NCBI GenBank assembly: GCA_964447495.1
Contig: CAYUTF010000050.1
Coordinates: forward strand, 1-24,395
Reading direction: 5' to 3'
Length of the DNA: 24,395 nucleotides
Source: an uncultured archaeon
GTDB lineage: Archaea > Asgardarchaeota > Lokiarchaeia > Sigyniarchaeales > SOKP01
Part shown: piece after piece, positions 8,414-18,700 of the stretch
Layout of the letters: the number at the start of each line of letters is the position of its first letter
Numbering within the stretch: the stretch's first letter is position 1
Made by a program: the position numbers and the translations under genes
The notes under the pieces: generated by a model
Database searches by the model: none
What the model was told of the DNA's origin: nothing
Seen by the model: the letters and a program-made list of their open reading frames with translations, nothing else

Positions 8414-8455
8414 ATCTCATTCTGTTTAAACTTTATGGATTCAAACGGATGAGAT
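8414..8455. promoter_or_regulatory. Imperfect inverted repeat upstream of acs (operator or 5'-leader hairpin)
   Basis: ATCTCATTCTGTTTAAA - 9 nt - TTCAAACGGATGAGAT, about 90-130 bp upstream of the acs ATG. Confidence 0.4.
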
Positions 8456-8577
8456 ATGTTTCAAGAAGGAAATATATAGAATCGAATATAAACCTTTTAT
8501 TTATAAATCATATAAAGATATGACAAATGGGTTGCTCTAAATAAGCAATAGCTTGAGATTTTAAATAAAAAAAAGAA

Positions 8578-8805
8578 TTATCCCTTTTGTTCGCAGTTAG
8601 TTTTACTGAGAGTTCCTTTTTCTTTATTGAATTGTCCTTCACATGTAAAAGTCTCTTCGTAAGAAATATCACATTCGGCTTTAAATTGAACCTCGGCTTT
8701 ATTTTGAATTAATCTTTTCTCTTCAGATTCAGATTTACTGATACCGCACTTTTTAAATCCGAAATCTTTTTCCAATCGTTTTTCGATTTTCTTTTCTTCA
8801 TCCAT
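8578..8805 (-). CDS. Small charged hypothetical protein with 4 Cys
   Basis: 75-aa ATG ORF with GGAG upstream and a T tract after the stop; no family recognised. Confidence 0.65.
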   Translation of the reverse strand: MDEEKKIEKRLEKDFGFKKCGISKSESEEKRLIQNKAEVQFKAECDISYEETFTCEGQFNKEKGTLSKTNCEQKG

Positions 8806-8895
8806 AGGAAAAAACTCCTAATATATGAAAGGAGAAACGATCGAAGTATAAAAATCTGATTTTAATTATACATAAATGAATTTATATACAACATT

Positions 8896-9577
8896 TTAAG
8901 GACCAAGATGTATTAATAGGAAGGGGATTTGTCCATATGCAGTAAATGTTATCGCAATAAAATAAGAGATTCCTGCAAAAATAAAGAATTTTTCATTATT
9001 TTTGTATCCATGAACGATTAAATAAATTACCCCAAACAACCTGAATATGGAGAGAGGTACCAATAGTGTGGTTAAGATCATATATTCAAAAGATTCAAAG
9101 AAACCAATCAGATATAAAATTTGTGGGAGGAGACCTAAAGGATATCCTACTGGTTGAATTATAATCATACTGACGATAAAGGCCAAGATAAACATAATTC
9201 CAGAATACTGAAGATAAGGTCCAAAAGTATCTTTATTTTTTAATCCAAAAAGTAAAATCATCCCGCCCAAGGTAAGGAGGAAAATCATATTGGAAATTAT
9301 ACTTATTGCTATTAAGTAAATGTTGTAGATCATAATTTCAATTGGGAAAGTAGGCGTTATGAGCATTGGAAATGGAATAAAAAAGGATAATCCGATTAGC
9401 ACGAAATTAATGATCGCACTGATTTCGAAATAAGAAGCATAAGGCGTTTTTTTTTTGATTTTCATTAGCATAAAGAAAAAGAAAAACAGAAAGAAGGAGG
9501 AATGGTATTACTTCTAATAAAATTGGAAACAACATATAGTCTAGTGAACTGAATGGAAAATCCCATTGAATTGTCAT
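8896..9577 (-). CDS. Multi-pass membrane protein with a frameshift in an A10 run (about 226 aa if corrected)
   Basis: ATG at 9577 gives MTIQWDFPFSSLDYMLFPILLEVIPFLLLSVFLFLYANENQKK. Removing one A from the A10 run (9456..9447) joins this to TPYASYFEISAIINF... of ORF 8896..9471. Confidence 0.7.
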
Positions 9578-9846
9578 ATTATAATCGTCTAATCAATCTT
9601 TAAATGATTTCTCTCTTCTTGTAATTAGAATATTAAAGTGAATTTATAAATATTTGTTAAACAAATTTCATAAACGAACACAATAATTTTAAGCCTTAAT
9701 TTCTGAAACAGTAATAATAATAATTCCAAAAAGATTATATGGAAGATAGAGCCTATTATAGAAATATTAGAATATATGTTAATTAATAATAAATTTGAAA
9801 TTCTCGAGGAGTAATTGAGAGGGTAGAGCGGTTGAATAATAATTAT

Positions 9847-11736
9847 ATGGACGATGAGTGGAGAAGTGAATGGAAGCAGAAGGAAATTACGGTAGAGGAG
9901 GCAATTGGTAAGATCATTCCAGGAAATCAAGTATTTATTGGATCTGCTTGTTCAGAACCGCAAGCTCTAACATCAGAATTAATAAAAGCTTCAAATAACC
10001 TCATAGATACCGAGATAATTCATTTTTTTACAATTGGTCCTGAAAAATATTTTAAAGATAAAGCAGAAGATTTATTTCGGCATAATGCGTTTTTTATTGG
10101 GAAAACTCTTCGAGAAGAAATTAATAAAGGGCAAGCGGATTATACTCCTATCTTAGCGAGTGAAATTCCTTCATTATTTCTTTCAGGGAGGAAGCATTGC
10201 GATGTTGCACTTATTCAAGTAAGTCTTCCTGATCGGTACGGTTTTTGTTCTTTTGGAATAAATGTTGATTTTGCGAAGCCTATAGCTAAAGCAGCATATA
10301 TCACCATCGCAGAGATAAATCCTCAAATGCCGAGAACCTTAGGGAATAGTTTTATTCATATGAAAGAGATCGATTATTTTGTCTATAATGACACAGCACT
10401 CTTGGAATTTCATTTTAAAGAAAAAGACGAGATAACTGAACGAATTGGAAAAAATGTAGCAAATTTAATCGAAAATAAATCAACCATTCATATAGGCAAT
10501 GGATATTTACCTAACTCTTGTTTAAAATATCTAACGGATAAAAAAGATCTTGGGATGCACAGCCATTATGTAACAGACAATATCATTCCATTGATTGAGG
10601 ACGGCGTTCTAACCTGTAGGAAGAAAAATTTTCATCCAGAGAAGATAATTACGAGTTTTACATTAGGAACGAAGAAATTATATGATTTTATCAATAATAA
10701 TCCTTTCATTGAGTTTTATCCCTCTGATTATATATGTAATCCGAAATATATTGGTATGAATAAAAAAATGGTATCTATAAACCAAGCAATACAAATAGAT
10801 CTTACAGGTCAGGTAAATACGTCAACGAAGGGGTATGATTTTTATTCTGGTATTGGAGATACGGTTGATTTCATGAGAGGAACTGCATTTTCTAAAGGAG
10901 GAAAACCAATAATAGTACTGCCATCAACTAGAAAAAATGAGACCATATCAAATATAGTTCCCCATCTAGATGAGGGAGCGGGTGTGATTTTATCGCGAGC
11001 AGACGTGCATTATGTCGTAACAGAATGGGGTGTGGCATATTTGCATGGAAAGACCATCCGAGAAAGGGTTCTTGAGTTAATTTGTATCTCGCATCCGAAG
11101 TTTCGTCAAGAATTGATGGATGAGGCAAAAAAATTGAATTATATCTTCCACGATCAACTATTACCATGCGATGAAGATGGTAGGATATGCTTATATCCTT
11201 CAAAATATGAGACTCTTTACCGAGCACGAGGAGACGAGCTAATCAAAATTAGACCAGTTAAAACTACTGATGAACCCCTCCTAAAGGATTTATATTATTC
11301 CTTGAATGAACGTGACAGATATTTACGATTTTTTGAAATAAAGAAAGAATTTACTCATTCCAAAACGCAAAGCGAGGTTAATATCGATTATAAAAACATA
11401 TTTTCAATTGGCGCATACATTGGAGAGATTGGTAGGGAAGAGATGATTGGGAGCGCTACTTATTATCTTAATCCAGAAACTAATATGGCAGAATATAGCT
11501 TTTTAGTAAGAGAAGATTACAGAGGGAAGCGTATTGGTTCATTTTTGTATCATCACTTAATCATAATTGCAAAAGAAATGGGAATCAAGGGATTTTATGG
11601 TAATATTCATCTGCAAAATAAAAGTACCGTTCAAATTATTAGAAAAGGGGGGTATACAAAAATTACGCCCCCAGAAGCGGGAGAAAAAGAATTATTCTAT
11701 GAAGTATTTTTTGATAAGGAAAATTCAATTGATTAA
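9847..11736 (+). CDS. Acetyl-CoA hydrolase/CoA-transferase-like domain fused to a C-terminal Pat-type GNAT acetyltransferase
   Basis: DVALIQVSLPDRYGFCSFG, IAEINPQMPRTLG, IQIDLTGQV and DVHYVVTEWGVAYLHGKTIRER motifs. GNAT: IRPVKTTDE...RYLRFF...AEYSFLVREDYRGKRIG. ATG at 9847 preferred over TTG at 9832. Confidence 0.9.
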   Translation: MDDEWRSEWKQKEITVEEAIGKIIPGNQVFIGSACSEPQALTSELIKASNNLIDTEIIHFFTIGPEKYFKDKAEDLFRHNAFFIGKTLREEINKGQADYTPILASEIPSLFLSGRKHCDVALIQVSLPDRYGFCSFGINVDFAKPIAKAAYITIAEINPQMPRTLGNSFIHMKEIDYFVYNDTALLEFHFKEKDEITERIGKNVANLIENKSTIHIGNGYLPNSCLKYLTDKKDLGMHSHYVTDNIIPLIEDGVLTCRKKNFHPEKIITSFTLGTKKLYDFINNNPFIEFYPSDYICNPKYIGMNKKMVSINQAIQIDLTGQVNTSTKGYDFYSGIGDTVDFMRGTAFSKGGKPIIVLPSTRKNETISNIVPHLDEGAGVILSRADVHYVVTEWGVAYLHGKTIRERVLELICISHPKFRQELMDEAKKLNYIFHDQLLPCDEDGRICLYPSKYETLYRARGDELIKIRPVKTTDEPLLKDLYYSLNERDRYLRFFEIKKEFTHSKTQSEVNIDYKNIFSIGAYIGEIGREEMIGSATYYLNPETNMAEYSFLVREDYRGKRIGSFLYHHLIIIAKEMGIKGFYGNIHLQNKSTVQIIRKGGYTKITPPEAGEKELFYEVFFDKENSID

Positions 11737-11779
11737 GAAACCAAAATTTTTTTGACTCTGGATTAATTATCTATGTTGT

Positions 11780-12577
11780 TTGGTTATGAGATATAAATAT
11801 ACTGACTATCATGTTCATACTAATTGGAGCATTGATATCGTAGAAGATGGCCCTTCGTTTGAAGATTATATTCGGATTGCAGATATGAATCGAATTAATA
11901 TTTGCTTTTTAGAACATTATGAATTACGGTATATGGATAAGGAATTTTCTAATCCGTTCTCAAATGAAAATATCAACACATATTTAGAAGAATTAGATAC
12001 ACTTAAGGAAACATATGATTTCATTCTGGCAGGACTTGAAGTGGATTATTATTCAGAAAAAGAAACTGAATTGAGAGAATTCATGGATGATTATGGGAAT
12101 GAATTAGATTTTATCGCGGGTACGATCCATGAATGGATTCCTCTGTATCCCGTGACCACAAGAGAGAGACTAATGGAGTTATTAGAGAAGAAACCGATGA
12201 AAGATGTAATTAAGGAATACTTTTTAGAGTCTAAAAAAATGGTGGAATCAAAAATTTTTAAGAACATTTGTCATATTGACACCATTTTTCGATACATAAA
12301 TGATAATGATATAAAACCCAATAAAGATTGCGATATCTCTAATAAAAATGTATTAGAATTAGGACGGTTATGTATTAAAAATAAAACCAAGATAGAATAT
12401 AATCTCTCTGGATTACGATTTCCCGTAAAGCGACCATTTCCCTCAAAAGAAGTGGTTCATATTTTAAAGAAGGAAGGAGCAGAATTCTTTATTGGTTCTG
12501 ATTCTCATTCTCTTGAATATTTTGAGGAACAGATTTCTAAAATAAAAGATACATATCATTTTATCGACTCAATATAA
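11780..12577 (+). CDS. PHP-domain phosphoesterase (histidinol-phosphatase HisJ-like)
   Basis: Metal-binding motifs DYHVHT, LEH, GLEVDY, CHID and IGSDSH. The true start may be the ATG at 11786. Confidence 0.85.
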   Translation: MVMRYKYTDYHVHTNWSIDIVEDGPSFEDYIRIADMNRINICFLEHYELRYMDKEFSNPFSNENINTYLEELDTLKETYDFILAGLEVDYYSEKETELREFMDDYGNELDFIAGTIHEWIPLYPVTTRERLMELLEKKPMKDVIKEYFLESKKMVESKIFKNICHIDTIFRYINDNDIKPNKDCDISNKNVLELGRLCIKNKTKIEYNLSGLRFPVKRPFPSKEVVHILKKEGAEFFIGSDSHSLEYFEEQISKIKDTYHFIDSI

Positions 12578-12598
12578 GATGAAGGAAAGTGGAAATAT

Positions 12599-13303
12599 AT
12601 GTCAGAGTCAATATTACTCAAAAAAATTGATACATGGGACAAGGAAATAATTATAAAATGGAATGGATTTGGAGGGAAATCTCTCACTTTTCTATTAAGA
12701 ATCATCTCTTTTCTTGGTAGAGAGACAATATGGCTTATTTTAATCGTATTTTATCTATTAATATGGTATGATCCCATCATATTTTCTTATATAGGCTCTA
12801 CATTCTTAGCGGGAATATTATTAATTGTACCTATTAAGAAGATAATCCATCGAGCTCGCCCTTTTGAAAGTTTAAATCAAATAGAAGTTCTGGAACGGCG
12901 TCCAAGTTCTAGAAGCTTTCCCTCATGGCATGTGTATAATATTGTTTCACAGGGATTAATATTTATCTATATATTCAATAATTTAGTTATTATAATACTT
13001 GCTATAGTGTGTACTTTCATTGTAGGAGTCTCGAGAATTCAATTAGGTGTGCATTACCCTAGTGATGTTATTGCGGGGGGTATTTTTGGTATTCTTGGAT
13101 TTTTTTTATCTATACTCCTTATTGCTCCTCTATCGTATACTATTGTAAAATTTTTTGAAAGTTTTATTGAAATACCTATTCAATATCAGAGATTGAATAG
13201 TTTGTTGTTCGAAAATATGTGGTATAACTTACTATGCGCGGGTTTAGTGCTATTAATATTTATCTTAGCTAACTATAAATGGATCAGGGATTATTTTCAT
13301 TAA
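12599..13303 (+). CDS. PAP2-family membrane phosphatase
   Basis: KKIIHRARP, SFPSWH (variant of PSGH) and SRIQLGVHYPSDV motifs; several TM helices. Confidence 0.88.
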   Translation: MSESILLKKIDTWDKEIIIKWNGFGGKSLTFLLRIISFLGRETIWLILIVFYLLIWYDPIIFSYIGSTFLAGILLIVPIKKIIHRARPFESLNQIEVLERRPSSRSFPSWHVYNIVSQGLIFIYIFNNLVIIILAIVCTFIVGVSRIQLGVHYPSDVIAGGIFGILGFFLSILLIAPLSYTIVKFFESFIEIPIQYQRLNSLLFENMWYNLLCAGLVLLIFILANYKWIRDYFH

Positions 13304-13321
13304 TTTAAGTGACTTCAGAAT

Positions 13322-14572
13322 TCAAAGATTGAATTTTCGTTTCTTATCAAATAACTGCTTTAACTCGTTTAAAACTTGAGACCTTGAATCTGCAGCACTT
13401 GATTGACTTCCAGCTTGATTTGGGTTATGAATGCTTATAGGAATACCACTTTGCGCTATTTCGAATGCTCCACTTTCAATAGCTCTCAATCGACTATCTA
13501 AATCATTTAATTGTTTTGAGATACTTTCTGATAAACGAATAACTGCATTCATTGTTTCTTCAAGTGTTTTACCAAGACCTTCTACCTTTTTCAAAGTGGG
13601 ATTAGTAAGAGAATGTGCTGATCTCATAACATCTTTAATATATTTAGAAAATTCGGGTTCATTTGAGATTAAGGAATAGATTGAAGTAAGATATGCTTCA
13701 AAATCGTACCCATACTGCGTTAATAGTTGATTTAGATTATCTTTTAATAATTCAACACTTAATACAATCTCAGGATTATAGCGTAAGTCAGGGTCGTGTT
13801 TATGGATATATACCATAATGAAGGGATTCTCTTCGAGAGTTTTTAAAATCTTCAGTATTTCCTCAAAATACTCAAATGATTCAGCAAAGCGTTCTGAATC
13901 TTGAATATCAATTACATAAATAAGCAAGTCTATTTCGAGAAAATACTGTTCGGGATGACTTAAGTATTTATTACGATATTCTTTTTGACCCCCCATATCC
14001 CATATAAATAAGTCTAATTCAGACCCTTCCATTTGAATATTTCTTCTATCAACTCCCTTAGTAGGAGTTAAAGATACTAGATCACTAATTCCCAATTTAC
14101 CACCAAATTTATTTAAGATTGCTGTTTTGCCGGCATTATCTAAACCAATAATAATAATTTTTTGTCTTTCTTTTTTGAAAACATCTTTATCCTCATTGAT
14201 ATTCATAATAATAGAGCTTATGGTGATTACTTTCTGAAGATTTTTTTCAAGAGAAGGATTTTTTGTCTTTAATTCTTCTAATTTATTGAGTAACTCTTCC
14301 TGAATTTCAGCAGACTTAATAGGGTCCTTAGTCGATTCTGATTTGTTAATATTTTCGAAAGGATCTTCCTTATCAAGCTTTGAAGCATCCTCAATGGTAG
14401 AGATATCTAAGACTTCTCTTAATACCTTTGCTTCGCTTTTATCTAAAAATTTATAGGAATAAATTGGTAGTTTCTTAACATCTTCGAGTGTTTTTAGTTT
14501 ACTCACTTTTGCAACCTTCTCATCCAAGAATTTTGCAAAAATCTTAATTACATTTGAAATATCTGTCGACAT
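13322..14572 (-). CDS. Arf/Rag-like small GTPase with N-terminal helical extension and C-terminal coiled coil
   Basis: G1 GLDNAGKT, G2 TPTKG, G3 WDMGGQ, G4 HKHD, G5 TSIY. Confidence 0.9.
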   Translation of the reverse strand: MSTDISNVIKIFAKFLDEKVAKVSKLKTLEDVKKLPIYSYKFLDKSEAKVLREVLDISTIEDASKLDKEDPFENINKSESTKDPIKSAEIQEELLNKLEELKTKNPSLEKNLQKVITISSIIMNINEDKDVFKKERQKIIIIGLDNAGKTAILNKFGGKLGISDLVSLTPTKGVDRRNIQMEGSELDLFIWDMGGQKEYRNKYLSHPEQYFLEIDLLIYVIDIQDSERFAESFEYFEEILKILKTLEENPFIMVYIHKHDPDLRYNPEIVLSVELLKDNLNQLLTQYGYDFEAYLTSIYSLISNEPEFSKYIKDVMRSAHSLTNPTLKKVEGLGKTLEETMNAVIRLSESISKQLNDLDSRLRAIESGAFEIAQSGIPISIHNPNQAGSQSSAADSRSQVLNELKQLFDKKRKFNL

Positions 14573-14781
14573 TATGATCTCAGAAAACTGATAATTAATT
14601 ATTGGTTTAATAAAAATTTTTTTATAATTTTTTTAGCTTTTAAGATAATAGTTAAATAATTTAAGATATAAATTTTCTCTAGATGTTCCAGATTAGATGA
14701 AAATTTAAATATGTATTTTATTTTAACTATTATACTTGAAGTATATAATTCCAATATAAGAATTGAGATTTATAATATTTT

Positions 14782-15699
14782 ATGCCAAAATCACATTTTG
14801 AAGAAAATGGATTTTTTGAGGAAAACAAGGAGGACTCTTGTTGTGATTCCCCGAAGATTTCAGAGGAAGATGGGTTTTATGTATGCCTAAATTGTGGGTC
14901 GGTATATAGTAGAATTCTTGATGATTCCCCACGTAGAGCTTTCACTCAAGAGGAAATCCAAAAACGCAAGAGTAATGAAAGAGTATATAGTCCCATTGGT
15001 CCCAGAACAATAATTCGAGGAAGTCGTGATGCTCGTGGCACATTACTCAGCCCAAAATATAAATCAAAATTTAACAGATTGGCAAAAATTCATCGATCAC
15101 TCACTACAAGTTATGAAAGGAATCTTTGGATTGCACTACCGAACTTACAAAGATTACAGAAAAGACTTGGTATTCCCGATACTGTTGCTGAGGATGCACT
15201 CCGGATTTATACCCAAACTGTTAAGAAAAAGTTAACTATGGGAAGAAGTATCGATACTTTACTTTCTGCATCAATCTTTTGTGCATTAAGAGTGCATGGT
15301 ATCCCTCGTACTGTTGAAGAAATTACCAAAGTTGCACAAATACCTAAAAAGAAGGTCATTAAAAGCTATCGTCTTATCTTAATGGAAGTCTTACCTAATT
15401 TAAAATTGAAAGTCCAACATTTTACTCCGGATAGGTATGTAGATAAATTTAATGATGAACTCAAACTATCCATGCAATGCAGGAATGTGGCCGTTAAACT
15501 CATAGAAAGTGCAAAAGAGCACGGATTCAATTCTGCAGGCAAGGATCCAAAAGGAATTGCGGCAGCCGCAATCTATATCGGTTCAAAAATATGCAATGAA
15601 AATAAGACTCAAAAAGAAATTAGTAAACTCGCCCGTGTGACCGAAGTTACCTTACGTATGCGCGTTAAAGATCTCATGAAATTTGCAGATACAACGTAA
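14782..15699 (+). CDS. tfb: Transcription initiation factor IIB (TFB) paralogue
   Basis: Zn ribbon (CC...VCLNCG), RRAF, ERNL, GRSIDTLLSASIF, IPRTVEEI, GKDPKGIAAAAIY and TQKEIS...VTEVTLRMR motifs. Confidence 0.93.
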   Translation: MPKSHFEENGFFEENKEDSCCDSPKISEEDGFYVCLNCGSVYSRILDDSPRRAFTQEEIQKRKSNERVYSPIGPRTIIRGSRDARGTLLSPKYKSKFNRLAKIHRSLTTSYERNLWIALPNLQRLQKRLGIPDTVAEDALRIYTQTVKKKLTMGRSIDTLLSASIFCALRVHGIPRTVEEITKVAQIPKKKVIKSYRLILMEVLPNLKLKVQHFTPDRYVDKFNDELKLSMQCRNVAVKLIESAKEHGFNSAGKDPKGIAAAAIYIGSKICNENKTQKEISKLARVTEVTLRMRVKDLMKFADTT

Positions 15700-15702
15700 T
15701 GT

Positions 15703-18700
15703 TTATTCTATAATAGTAATTAGTTCTCTTTCTTCTTCAAATAGAGGTAAAACGTCTAATAAATCTTGGATTTGTTGTAGATATTTATCCATTTTATTTA
15801 TCTTTGCTTCTAAGATGATTCTAATGCACCGAATATAAAAGGTTTCTTGTATCAATCTTTTATTTAATCCTAATGAGTCTAAAAGCGAACTTATATTTAA
15901 TTGGATTGTATATAGCGATTGATTTCCTTTTAAAAAGCACAATCCATGTAATAACATCATTAGTGAAGCCGTCTGTAAATCTTTTCTATTTGCCATACTT
16001 TGGGCTAATTTGAAATATTCATCTCCTGCTTCTTTAAAAGATTTCATAGAAAGAGAGTCAATGACGTTTTGATAATATCTCTTTCTCATTGGATTCCTTC
16101 TAGTTAGAAAATCTTGCTTCTCTCTGAGTACATCACCCCGCATTTGTTTTAATATAGCAAGATCCTGATTCAATTTAACCTGAAGCTTACTAATTTTGCC
16201 AAGATCTTCTCTAGTCATTCTTTCTTGTTCTTCATCAACTTTTTCTTTTTTTGGAATCAACTTTTTTATAATTTCGATTTCGGGCTCAAATAAGACTAGT
16301 CTTTCAATAAGAAGATTTAATCCGTAAACAAACAAGTCAGTCATTTCATTTTCTAAAAGGAAGAAAAGTTCTTCGATCAGCTTAATTTCAGGCAGTTTTT
16401 CTATATTGGATTTAAACCGTTCTAACTTAGTAAGTCTTTCATAAAATTGACTTTTACCTATAGCTAAGTTTTTAAAATTTATTAAAATAGCTGTTCCAAC
16501 GATCAAGCTTATAGCTGCTTCATGTTCAAACTTCTCAATAAGTTTAGGAATAGTTTCATAATATCCTAGGTAGGCATTTTCTAATTTATTGTTAGTTAAA
16601 TCTTCTAATGCCATCCTCCAATATTGGTTTTTCATTAATTTTCGTTTAGCAATGTCTTTCTTTTCCTTAATGATTCTAAAGGCATATTGATCTAGATCAT
16701 CTTTTATTTTTGTAATTTCCAAGCTACGTTCTGTTACTTTTTCAACTGATTTCTCTTTTTCATAGCTCTTTCCTAAATAATCGTATAATAATTTGAGTTC
16801 TTCTTCGAATAATGGGAGATTTACCATTAAACTAACCGTCTCTTTTATTCGGATATCATCTTCAAATGGAATAATATTCACTAAATAATCAGTCAGTGAA
16901 AAAGAAAAGATTTCAGAAATGAGGCTGAGAAGACCAGAAAATCTTGATTTAAAATTACCTAAATAATGTGTAATTTCATTTGTTCTTCTTTCTTTGAGAA
17001 GGATTAGACTTATAATCGCTAATGAAAGACTAGCTAAACTATATTGTGTAATATTAATAAAACGGTCAATACTTTTTTCATATTCCTGAAGAGCTGCAGT
17101 AAGATCGTTAATCCCTAAGAAGTTCAGTCCTTCTTGATAATAGGCTCGTTTATATCCTTTTCTTTGATTAAAAAGGCTAATTTTATCATTATACGCATCT
17201 TTTGCTTTTTTCTTTATAATAGAAAATAAGGCTCTTAACTGATCTTCTTTGTAGGTTTCGTCGACTTTCTTGAGTTCAATCTCTCTTTTTTGATCATCAA
17301 TTTTATTCAAAATCTTGTGCAATTCTTCTTTAAGCATTTTACTATCAATCTTATCCAAAGTAGCGCGTGCTCCAGAGAGATTATCGAGTTCAATATAGAT
17401 TTCAAATATTTCTTTATGAAGATCATCGAAATTACGTTTTATGTTATCCAAATATGCAGAATTTATATCAGAAATCTTTCGAATTAAATTTAATGCGTTT
17501 TCAATTCCTTTATTATTTCTTTCCAAATTAACGATTTTCTGAGCTTTAGTTTTTAAAAAATCAATATAAATTTCCCCAATTTGCTTGGATTGTTCATAAA
17601 GTTGTTGTTCACGATAAATACTTAAAAAATTATCGAAGACTTTTATATTCTCGTCAAAATTTCCTTCAATTTTTATTTCTTTTACTTTTCCTACTATTAA
17701 ATTTAATTTATTTACTAAATACTGTCTTTTTGCTTTCTCAGATAATTCAGGATATATCAGAAAAAATTCATTAAAAACCTTTCCTACTAATAAAATATCA
17801 AGCCCTTTTGATAAAATTTGGTATCTATCCTCTTCCTTACCTAAATTTTTTAAATAATTCGCGTGAGCCTTGATATGATTCGCTGCTTTAAGATAATCTT
17901 GATTTTGTATTAAATTGTTTGCTTCATTAATAGCCTTTTCATTAAGACTTTCGACAATCTTTTGTTCTTCTAGCATAAACTCATTTACGATAGCGAGACC
18001 TTTTTGAATGTTGATTTGAATTTTTTTCTTATACTCTTCTTTATAATCATCTTCAACTTTAGAACTTAATTTAGTAAGCTTTTTTTTAAGAGATAAAGAA
18101 TTTAATTTATTGATTAAAATCGTGGCCATTCCAAAATTCAGAAGATCAAGAAATTGTTCGGCTAATTTTGCTAGTAATTTATCTAAATTTGATTTTTTTA
18201 CATCATATGCTTCCCAAAGATTCTCTATTTCATCAAACGTTTGTTTAGCAGAATAAAGTTCATTGTCATTTATTTGGAGTTCTAAAATTTTAATTAGGAC
18301 CGTCTCTAAGGAGTTTGTGAATTTTTCTAGATGTTCGGTTAAATTTTCCCTTTGATAAACTGAGATCGTTCTATATAATTGCTCTCTCGCTTCAAAAAAT
18401 TTCTTTTCATTGGATAAAAATTTTACCGCATTACCAATTTTTAGTGCTATTTCATCTAATATTGTAAGAACCCCTTCATGAGGCAAGCTATCAAGAATTT
18501 GAAAGGCAAATTCAACTCTACATGCGGATATCCAAGAATTAATAGCTAATCTAAATGCCTCATTCATGAGGTGTTGATCTTTCAATTCTATTGCAGACCA
18601 TTGAGCCACAGATAAATACTTCTTTGCTGCAAGTTCATATTTTCTTTTATTAAATAATTTATTGCCATCTGAAAGCATAGCTTCTGCGTATAATCTCTTA

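Noticed and set aside
9625-9930. 101-aa minus-strand ORF
   Set aside because: It is low-complexity Ile/Leu sequence from an AT-rich promoter region and overlaps the start of the CoA-transferase-GNAT gene.
10928-17487. Nested small ORFs 10928..11227, 11567..11755, 13431..13679, 15026..15235 and 17290..17487
   Set aside because: They lie within or almost entirely overlap longer motif-supported genes and have no independent evidence.
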